62,108 bases of DNA from an uncultured SAR86 cluster bacterium (GTDB lineage Bacteria; Pseudomonadota; Gammaproteobacteria; Magnimaribacterales; D2472). The notes beneath the pieces were generated by a model. It ran no database searches. It was not told the origin of the DNA and worked only from the letters and a program-made list of their open reading frames with translations. This document shows, piece by piece, positions 40,201 through 46,896 of the stretch (positions are counted from its first letter, which is position 1; each line of letters begins with the position of its first letter). A program made the translations under genes and the position numbers. The DNA is taken from the NCBI GenBank assembly GCA_902556355.1, contig CACDVW010000003.1, positions 1 to 62,108 of the forward strand. Reading direction: 5' to 3'.

Positions 40201-40997
40201 TATTCTTGAAGATATGCAAGATTACTTTCTAATTTAAATTTTGTTTTAGCACTCTTGTGAGAAAATGATAGTGGAGGGTTCCTATAAAAGCTTTCAGATC
40301 TAGACTCATTTTTAATTTTTCCTGAATATGACCCTAAAATATATAATTTATTTAGATCACAAAGGATATTTTGGCTAGGCTTATCTTCAAAACTACGACC
40401 AATGATATTTTTAGGTAGAACGTCTATATTGTATTTGAGTTTACTCCACTGAATATCTATTAAAGCATCATTAATAATTAAATTATCATTCTCAATATAG
40501 TAGGGAGCAAATATATTTTTTTTTTCAGATGGAAAAATATGGTAGTAAAAATTTTCTTTTATATCTAAGTACTTAAAATTGCCAATTCTGATATCTTTCT
40601 GCTCGTAAAATACTGAGTCTCTAAGCCAATTTCTTTTCTTTTGATTTTCATCAAGAGTCTCCTCATACTGAAAAGTACTGCTAATTACCGCATCAGAAAT
40701 TTTCTTTTTAATGTTATTTTTTTTAATTTCCTTATTGGTATAGCCTAGAAATTTTCCCACATTTAAATAGAGCTGATCTTGAAAGTTCTTACTTAAAAGA
40801 TACTTGCCAAGTATTTCTCTATATTTGTAATTAACGCTGGAAACCCTAACTATTGCTGAGGATAGCTCATGAAAACAACCATCCGGATCTTCATCAGGTG
40901 CAAAAAATTTAGAACGATGACCAGCGCTCTTGTCGATATCTTTATTTAAGTTACTAATGAATTCATTAGAGCTTTCTTTATTAAAAGTTTTAAACAT
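37248..40997 (-). CDS. 1249-aa Lys/Asn/Ile-rich cytoplasmic protein, no recognisable domain
   Basis: An uninterrupted 3.75 kb ORF in about 25 percent G+C DNA, where random ORFs of that length are very unlikely. No signal peptide, TM helix, Walker A or HExxH motif seen. Confidence 0.8.
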   Translation of the reverse strand: MFKTFNKESSNEFISNLNKDIDKSAGHRSKFFAPDEDPDGCFHELSSAIVRVSSVNYKYREILGKYLLSKNFQDQLYLNVGKFLGYTNKEIKKNNIKKKISDAVISSTFQYEETLDENQKKRNWLRDSVFYEQKDIRIGNFKYLDIKENFYYHIFPSEKKNIFAPYYIENDNLIINDALIDIQWSKLKYNIDVLPKNIIGRSFEDKPSQNILCDLNKLYILGSYSGKIKNESRSESFYRNPPLSFSHKSAKTKFKLESNLAYLQEYKNKNTIRKNIFDVTIKKSFVGRGKFNGFINAKVLSKNKWKYLFLRRISRKITSKDLILDAEWYKLDSSQEKRVKYSLKNNHLNDQIKDKGLWLYRFKNTDKNRKKLHEFFSKNNFKTKFWTDKKYRTLGGSDYLVSGDFIVNVDKYFRYLDFPLNSEKKFKKIYSRSLKSVSEAVELTIQWAIGSCMLNYLDSQNKNYKRIFSILKKYTKPVNINESFQFIKGQLEASKRTLITDAGKFYSPNNDSFVRHMTLNISMPNDYLFPRRYLDPLVFENSNHLHKRVWKSIQQEKILLRDQKSIGVGNENVRQVNAEAKNSLFAKEKLIKNALDDFKKNIEANPSKISNINEWLKAEQLDFCQSYYENFENHPAQKDRTTKRFKKILKEYKNKTNERVKNDFVTIYKEFVSDTLKGDLSPEKKVRMLWDKLDIEMKKKKKWLGQEYEKLPKKPKKNRLNLKFSKKYLSPRIAKEDGLSKSDMSKEEFINSCLHIQQQVLQRDLNFPRRGNYLNRFLTDSYKNDGKEMKALYQILNDTEKELEKNIKDDKKRQKIQDRLNAIIQKLRRWLVWEEMNNLEKNDGNRTKIFARGRAKKFFYYPNYKNTSLERIFSLKIIYSDIWDNDIVDSVLNIVSLIQLDNTLANDLDIAITKRLHGLRKNGALSEELLSWEIIQNFVNIQKTINFHRAFYGVADSFFKVISFLEGFFAYSVSTNEVSKMANFAGQRNKFSKSVENEFNTNNFIYLWDSQEEKIHPLSLDILQNKINDNDFTFIQNKEETFTTIHNEINSLIKVYEKVFDKIINTFEEETAQRNVGFFPLQASLTYPLEALIGTWEALNHLKAIKKYINLIEKYDLYEINDNFKQADYRFSFNERSYITKQDANFLYRKSNTTHSISSLNELSDYLTKNTKPKYQNDIKYRPLLKILRANSIKIKKIDGVDCIEKKAFIEYLRTSMGYRNLKKLHYPNVHVRNLGFNSLTAQEEDINF

Positions 40998-41039
40998 TTT
41001 AATTATTTTTGTTTTAGCAGAGTCAAATAATTATATCAA

Positions 41040-41061
41040 AAGGTGCTGTTAACAGCACCTT
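41040..41061. promoter_or_regulatory. perfect 22-bp palindrome AAGGTGCTGTTAACAGCACCTT in the divergent intergenic region
   Basis: Read directly. It is self-complementary around a GTTAAC centre and is the most GC-rich element in the 146-nt gap between the two divergent start codons (40997 and 41144). Confidence 0.5.
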
Positions 41062-41143
41062 ATTAATATTAAATAAAAAACGGAGCAATATCTATTTAAT
41101 TACTACGATATTAATCTAGATTTTAAATTGAGGTATAAAAAAT

Positions 41144-41473
41144 ATGACAAGATTTAAATTAGGTAATACAGAAAACTATGTTGAGGTATCTATAATTTAT
41201 AAGGTTAAAGAAGACCTCGAGAAACAAGAAGTATTTATTATAACGCCTGATCTTTTGGAAAGCTATGAATTGCCTGCATCAAAATTCATATCTTTTTTAC
41301 AACAAAAATTAAATTTTGATGACCCCCATTACTCTTTATGTCATGAGCTCTGGTCCTCTAACAAGGGTTTATTTTCTAAGACATCTGCTAAAGAGGGCGA
41401 TAAATTTGAGTTAAATAAGATTACTCAAATCATCAGCGAAAAAACAGGGGTAATCGATCTAGAAACTAAATAG
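41144..41473 (+). CDS. hypothetical protein, 109 aa (first gene of the plus-strand operon)
   Basis: ORF with GAGGT 8 nt upstream. No recognisable family. Confidence 0.55.
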   Translation: MTRFKLGNTENYVEVSIIYKVKEDLEKQEVFIITPDLLESYELPASKFISFLQQKLNFDDPHYSLCHELWSSNKGLFSKTSAKEGDKFELNKITQIISEKTGVIDLETK

Positions 41474-41492
41474 AAAAGAGGGAGAGTTGATT

Positions 41493-41624
41493 ATGAGAGA
41501 CATTAAGAAAAAATTAGTTGAATTATTAAGTTCAGCAAAAAATCAAAATATTAACAAGATCTATACAAATAAAAGACCTCGCGAGGCTGTTAGATGTATT
41601 TGGAATCTAAGGAGTGAGGCATGA
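41493..41624 (+). CDS. hypothetical basic miniprotein, 43 aa (not in ORF track)
   Basis: Hand translation gives MRDIKKKLVELLSSAKNQNINKIYTNKRPREAVRCIWNLRSEA. GGGAGAG lies 6 nt upstream. The stop overlaps the next start as ATGA. Confidence 0.45.
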   Translation: MRDIKKKLVELLSSAKNQNINKIYTNKRPREAVRCIWNLRSEA

Positions 41625-41806
41625 CTAATAAAAATATAAATTTAATCGAGCACGATGATATTCAATATGACATTGAACTTGACAAATTTATTTGGAAACC
41701 GGGATTCGCTGAAGAAATGAGTGACTATCTTAATTATCAAAATCACGACCATGATTTAGATGAAAAGATTTTTATCTACCAATTTCTTAATCAAAGAAAT
41801 TATTAG
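41621..41806 (+). CDS. hypothetical acidic miniprotein, 61 aa
   Basis: AGGAGTGAGG upstream and an ATGA junction with the preceding ORF. Confidence 0.5.
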   Translation: MTNKNINLIEHDDIQYDIELDKFIWKPGFAEEMSDYLNYQNHDHDLDEKIFIYQFLNQRNY

Positions 41807-41885
41807 TGTTATCAAAGTAGATGGCAGGTCAAGGCCTACATGTTGTCTATTTAATTTAATAACCATAGGCCTAAGGAGAAAAATT

Positions 41886-42680
41886 ATGTCTTTAAAAGAT
41901 GTAAGAGAAGGTTTGAAGGTAGCTGGATGCTTAATATTTGTGGCTTCTTTCTATTTTCTAGTTATTAAAAATGAGCCGCTCCATGATGAGGTTGCCAGAA
42001 CAGTAGAGCAATCAAATTCCTGGACGACTGAGAGAAAGTTAAAGCAGACGGACACTTTTTTATTCCATGCTAAAAATAAATTAGAGAATGCTATAGATCA
42101 AGTTACCAAGCAGGTTTTTCAACTTAACAGCTCAGGTACGCTATTAAGCTCTAAACTAAAAGCATCAATTGCTAGAGAGGAGATGTTAGACAAAAAGCTT
42201 GCTGACTATAAATGGCAGTTCAAAACTCTCGAGCAAAAAGCTTCAGATAATCCACCTAGTTATGACATAGCAATGGATATCACAACAGTAAAAAATAAAA
42301 TTACTAAAATGCTGCTTGAAAAAAAACAGCTCAAAGCAACAATAGTAAGTCTGAAGAATCAGCTTGATGAAAACATAAATCAGACGCAAAAATCAGGTTT
42401 AACATTAATTAAGTTAGAAGGTGACCTCAGTTTGGTTTCTAATACCAACGATCTTAATAATATTTTCTCGCCAAGTGGTGGTATAGGGCTAAGCAAATCT
42501 GGTGCAGATGAGCTTGCAGAGTTAATTAGTGATGTTGGGACAATTAACAAACAGCTTAAAGAATCGCAAGATAATAATGTTGTTCCTGATTATATGATCG
42601 ATGCATATAAAGATACAGATGCTTTATTTGACTCATTTATAAATAGTGATGATACCAAAACTATCAATATAGGAGGGTAA
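41886..42680 (+). CDS. N-terminally TM-anchored coiled-coil protein, 264 aa
   Basis: I prefer the start at Met43 of the track ORF because AAGGAG lies 7 nt upstream. LKVAGCLIFVASFYFLVI forms the anchor, followed by heptad-rich sequence. Confidence 0.6.
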   Translation: MSLKDVREGLKVAGCLIFVASFYFLVIKNEPLHDEVARTVEQSNSWTTERKLKQTDTFLFHAKNKLENAIDQVTKQVFQLNSSGTLLSSKLKASIAREEMLDKKLADYKWQFKTLEQKASDNPPSYDIAMDITTVKNKITKMLLEKKQLKATIVSLKNQLDENINQTQKSGLTLIKLEGDLSLVSNTNDLNNIFSPSGGIGLSKSGADELAELISDVGTINKQLKESQDNNVVPDYMIDAYKDTDALFDSFINSDDTKTINIGG

Positions 42681-42686
42681 TTAAAA

Positions 42687-44426
42687 ATGAGCTCTCCTAT
42701 AATTAATGAAAGAGAAATAAATCAATCTATAAGATTATCAAAGATTCTTTTCTTTTGGGCTATTCTTATAGAATTACTGATTGTATCAATGGGCTGGACG
42801 GCATCATATATATCAGGAAATAGGTCTCTTTCGATTCCTACCTTATTGCTAAGCACACTAGCTTTAGGAGAGCTCACTTCACTTTGGTCTACGGAGGTTT
42901 TTGCCGAGCAAATAAGAAGAAAACGAAGGTATTTAATTAAATTCTGTTCGTTATTTGCAGTCCTTATAGCTATGAGTTTTACAGTTACCAATTTGGGTCA
43001 TATTGCAATGATTGTAGAAAGTCATGAGTCTAGTAAGCTAGAAGGATATCTAATTGATAAAAACAGGATCGAAGATGAAAATTTAACTACTCATCGTGAA
43101 ATAGAAATACAAAAATCCAAAATATTATCACTTCAAGCCCAACATAATAATGACGAATTCCTTCAGGCAACTAAGGATGAACTAGATGAGATCCAGGTTA
43201 CTGAAGAAAAAATTTTTAAAAATATAGATCAAATAAAAGCACAAAATTTTGCTGATGAAAAATCTACCCAAAATTACTTGATTAATTTTAATGAAAAGAA
43301 GCTTAGAGAATTAAAAAGTACCTTCAAGGAGATAGACGATAGATATTTGCAGGAACTGGAAAAGCTTCAAGATGACCGATTTGAAGAGCTAGCTCTTTCT
43401 AGCTGGCGCCAAAAAAATAACACTAAGACTAGGTATGACCAGCTTAGGGCCAATTTAGATAATAAATATAAATTACAAAAAGCTCCTATAGAAAAAGAAA
43501 TAGATAGTCTCAATAAAGAAGTTGCTAAAGCAAAAAATTTATTAGTAAGTTATGCATCCCTCTCACCAGAAAGCATTGAATTAATAAAAAGTCAGAATCT
43601 AAAATTGCAAAATTTAAAAAGTGAAAAAGAAAAACTTGTTGATCAAAAATCTAATTTTTACAAAGACAATAAAGACGATGCTTTCTCATTTAAAAGAGAA
43701 ATCGATAATTTACAACAGATATTAAATGAAAATGATCAGCAACTTTCAAGAATTGAGACAAAGGAAAGGGAATTCAAAAAAACAAGTTGGCTTGTGAAAC
43801 TAGCTAGTAATTATTATGCAAAAAGCACCTCATCTATATCGCTTAGCGAATTCAAATCATTTGCTTACTATTTTGTTCTTATATCTTGTATAGGGTTAGC
43901 TCTGCTCCCAAAAATTTTGGTATTTTTATCGGTGCTCGTAAAAAGTAGCGATCATGATGATCGCACAGAAAAAAAAGATAACTACATTTCTAAAAGTATT
44001 AATTCTTTGGCTAAAGCAATCACAGACTATTCAGAATCTACCAAAAAGATTAAAAAGGCTAAGAAAATTGCAATGCTTGAAGTTGAAGCCATCAAAAGCG
44101 AATCACATAAAAAGATTGATGATAACAACTCTAAAAATGATAAAGAAATAGCAGAAAAAAATAAAAAAATAGCAAATCTTACTTCGGAGATTCTAGTACT
44201 TAAACATGCAAGAAAGAATGACAAACAAATTACTGAATTTTTAAAAAAGCATAAAGAAGTTTTAAATAAACTAGAAGAACTTAAAAGCGTATCTAAAAAA
44301 ACCCCTAACAATAATATTGTGAAAAAACTTATCCCTGTGAATATCTATCAGGAAATGCTTAAGGAGCTAAGCATAGACAGGGAGAGTATAGGCAAGAACA
44401 TTCAACTTAATAAAAAAAAACAATAA
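42687..44426 (+). CDS. polytopic membrane protein with two long coiled-coil regions, 579 aa
   Basis: Three N-terminal helices, about 270 aa rich in K/E/Q/L heptads, a hydrophobic hairpin FAYYFVLISCIGLALLPKILVFLSVLV, then a second K/E-rich coil. Confidence 0.7.
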   Translation: MSSPIINEREINQSIRLSKILFFWAILIELLIVSMGWTASYISGNRSLSIPTLLLSTLALGELTSLWSTEVFAEQIRRKRRYLIKFCSLFAVLIAMSFTVTNLGHIAMIVESHESSKLEGYLIDKNRIEDENLTTHREIEIQKSKILSLQAQHNNDEFLQATKDELDEIQVTEEKIFKNIDQIKAQNFADEKSTQNYLINFNEKKLRELKSTFKEIDDRYLQELEKLQDDRFEELALSSWRQKNNTKTRYDQLRANLDNKYKLQKAPIEKEIDSLNKEVAKAKNLLVSYASLSPESIELIKSQNLKLQNLKSEKEKLVDQKSNFYKDNKDDAFSFKREIDNLQQILNENDQQLSRIETKEREFKKTSWLVKLASNYYAKSTSSISLSEFKSFAYYFVLISCIGLALLPKILVFLSVLVKSSDHDDRTEKKDNYISKSINSLAKAITDYSESTKKIKKAKKIAMLEVEAIKSESHKKIDDNNSKNDKEIAEKNKKIANLTSEILVLKHARKNDKQITEFLKKHKEVLNKLEELKSVSKKTPNNNIVKKLIPVNIYQEMLKELSIDRESIGKNIQLNKKKQ

Positions 44427-44435
44427 GGAACAAAA

Positions 44436-44678
44436 ATGCAAGAATCGACACAAGAAATTTTTAATAAAGAACAAAATCAATTTGTTGAATTGGATACCGA
44501 ATTTATTGAAAGTTATTTTGAATCCAAGCATCGCCAAAAAGAGTTAGAGCTAGATAGAGTAGAAAAACTAAATAATCTCCTGGAAACTGCCAAATTCGCA
44601 ATTAAGGGATTAATCATTTTATCTGGTTTTGTAATCTTTTTTCATTATTTGCCTGAAATTATAAATTTACATAGGTAA
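44436..44678 (+). CDS. tail-anchored small protein, 80 aa
   Basis: Acidic N-terminal half and a C-terminal helix GLIILSGFVIFFHYL. It starts 9 nt after the upstream stop. Confidence 0.5.
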   Translation: MQESTQEIFNKEQNQFVELDTEFIESYFESKHRQKELELDRVEKLNNLLETAKFAIKGLIILSGFVIFFHYLPEIINLHR

Positions 44679-44694
44679 CGGATAGGGAGGAACT

Positions 44695-45144
44695 GTGGAT
44701 TACCCAAATTTAACCGTAGTAAACAATCAAGTAGTTAAGATAACCTCTGTTGAGGTAAATATTCCAATTGAATCCTCTGATGAGAATATAAGCTTTATAT
44801 CTTCAAGCAGCCACATTATTTTTCTAGCTATAAATCAAAATTCCATAAAAAAAATCTACTCTTATGATGACTGGGAAAAGAATTTATTTCTTGCCATTTA
44901 TTACTGCAAAGAATTAACAGATATACAAAAGTGTCAATTTGAAAGATGGTCTACTTATTTTATTAGCTTCAATTTTAAAACATGGAATAAAGCAACTAAG
45001 AACGAAACAAATAACTTTATATCTGATAAGAAAAATCAGCTTTTCGAAGTCAGTCAAGAGTTACAAAAGAAGAAGATCATAGAAAAATACGAACATATTA
45101 GAGATTCAAATAAAAATTTATTCAGAAAACTGACAGAGAGTTAA
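44695..45144 (+). CDS. hypothetical soluble protein, 149 aa
   Basis: GTG start with GGGAGG 4 nt upstream. No recognisable family. Confidence 0.5.
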   Translation: MDYPNLTVVNNQVVKITSVEVNIPIESSDENISFISSSSHIIFLAINQNSIKKIYSYDDWEKNLFLAIYYCKELTDIQKCQFERWSTYFISFNFKTWNKATKNETNNFISDKKNQLFEVSQELQKKKIIEKYEHIRDSNKNLFRKLTES

Positions 45145-45150
45145 AAAAAT

Positions 45151-46896
45151 ATGATGGAAAATTACAGAAAAGGAATTACTCAAGCTTCGTTAAACCTTTA
45201 TACATGGAAAATTATTGCATTAGAGATTTTATTTATTTCTATAGCTTTTGGCGCATACATGGAGTCGATTTATGTTTTTGGCATATCTTTATTCATTTTC
45301 CTGCTACTTTTTTATGTCAAATCAACAGCTATATATGTATCAACTTTATTTTCAATAATATGGGCTCTTATCCCATCTAGCATACTAAGCAATATAAAAA
45401 ATGTTGAGTTTTATTCATCTTTGCATATATTACTTCAATCCCCTGTGTCCCAAGTTTTTGCAATAATAATTTTTTTTATTGCTTTTTATCTTCACAAATC
45501 AACCTCAGATTTTTTTCACGATGCTTTGTACCCAGTAATGCAACCCTTCGTCAATATATTTAAAGGAAGAAAAAATAAAAAGAATTCACAAAATAAAAGA
45601 AATAGGACCAAAATTAAGTATGACAAAATCTTGAATTTTATTTCTGATGAAAAAGTGCATCCTCACAATCTTAGACTATTCCTAGAAAAAAATGGCTTCA
45701 GCCTATATCAAACGAATGAGGATAGGAATTTTGAAAAAAAGATCATATTCAACGATAAAGGGATTATTAAGTTTTATAACTTAGTTGAAACTAAACGATG
45801 GATTACAAAATTTATACAAAAATCTACTTCAAACCCAGAAAAGCTTTTAGATACATGGGTTAAGTTTTCTGATATCGCATTAAAAAGACAAGTTATTGAT
45901 CATTTACAAGTTTATTCATCGTTAAAATTTAATAATACTAAAAGCTTAGAGCTATTAAGAGATAATGAACAAAAATGCTATTTAAAGTTCAAAAATGGAA
46001 TTGTTAGAGTTTCTAGTGATTCAATAGTTTTTTCCCAGTACTCAGATTTGTCTAAATCTGTTTTTGAATCGTCTATTATTCCAAGAAACTTTTCTGGCAT
46101 ATCTAAATTAACGAATCCCTCACAATCACAACCAGGGAATAAAAAACTATTTGAGAAATTTGTTGAAAAAAGTGTTCTATCAAGCATACCCAATGCCGAA
46201 AAAGATAATTGGCGCGATGAGTATGTTTTTGATGAAACTGCAAAAGCATCCCTTACATCGCTAAAAACAGCCCTTGGTTATTTGGTTCACTCATATAATA
46301 ATCCATCTACCTCTAAGGCTGTTTTCTTTGTAGATAGGTTTTCATCTAATGGTAAATCAAATGGTGGTACTGGCAAAAGTCTGATAATAAGTAGCCTTGA
46401 AAATATTTTAGTGCAGTCAAAACAAGATGGAAAAAAATATAGAGATAATCCAAATCAGGGTGGAAGGTTTCAATTTTCAAATGTTGATTATGAGACTCAA
46501 AATATATTTATTGATGATTTAAAACAAAACTTTGATATTGAAAGTATATTTACTATGGTAACTGGTGACATTGAGATTGAGCGCAAAGGGCAAAATAAAT
46601 TTATAATTCCTAAAAATGAACGACCGAAATTTGCTCTAACATCAAATTTTCCAATTCCGATAAAAGGCACAAGTTACTCAAGACGCATTCATCAAGTTGA
46701 GCTAGGAAGCTATTGGAATAGATGCATAAACGAAGGCAGCAAACCAAAAGATGAAATTGGCGGAGAGCTGTTTGGAAATAATTTTTCTAAACATGACTGG
46801 GACGATTTTTATATTTTTATTATTAATTGTGTTCAAGATTATTTAAGGCTAGGTCTTGTAGATGTTCAAAAACTAACGAGTCATCAAGATGATTAA
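45151..46896 (+). CDS. membrane-anchored D5_N/SF3-helicase-like (P4/VirE-type) P-loop NTPase, 581 aa
   Basis: About four TM helices span aa 16-115. CYLKFKNGIVRV resembles the D5_N block. LGYLVHS...VFFVD...GGTGKS is Walker A (nt 46363-46380), NIFIDDL is Walker B (46501-46521) and FALTSN is SF3 motif C (46630-46647). Confidence 0.7.
   Translation: MMENYRKGITQASLNLYTWKIIALEILFISIAFGAYMESIYVFGISLFIFLLLFYVKSTAIYVSTLFSIIWALIPSSILSNIKNVEFYSSLHILLQSPVSQVFAIIIFFIAFYLHKSTSDFFHDALYPVMQPFVNIFKGRKNKKNSQNKRNRTKIKYDKILNFISDEKVHPHNLRLFLEKNGFSLYQTNEDRNFEKKIIFNDKGIIKFYNLVETKRWITKFIQKSTSNPEKLLDTWVKFSDIALKRQVIDHLQVYSSLKFNNTKSLELLRDNEQKCYLKFKNGIVRVSSDSIVFSQYSDLSKSVFESSIIPRNFSGISKLTNPSQSQPGNKKLFEKFVEKSVLSSIPNAEKDNWRDEYVFDETAKASLTSLKTALGYLVHSYNNPSTSKAVFFVDRFSSNGKSNGGTGKSLIISSLENILVQSKQDGKKYRDNPNQGGRFQFSNVDYETQNIFIDDLKQNFDIESIFTMVTGDIEIERKGQNKFIIPKNERPKFALTSNFPIPIKGTSYSRRIHQVELGSYWNRCINEGSKPKDEIGGELFGNNFSKHDWDDFYIFIINCVQDYLRLGLVDVQKLTSHQDD

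Noticed and set aside
41760-41885. N-terminal extension of track ORF 41760..42680, overlapping the 61-aa ORF by 47 nt.
   Set aside because: The internal ATG at 41886 is preceded by AAGGAG at ideal spacing and begins directly before the TM anchor. The extension has no RBS and would overlap the preceding gene.
41886-42680. A PspA/IM30/ESCRT-III-like flavour in the 264-aa coiled-coil protein. DYKWQFKTLEQKA and ADELAELISDVGTINKQLKE loosely echo E. coli PspA segments.
   Set aside because: The similarity is at the level of generic heptad composition. I cannot align the conserved PspA helices convincingly by eye, so I left it as a search suggestion only.
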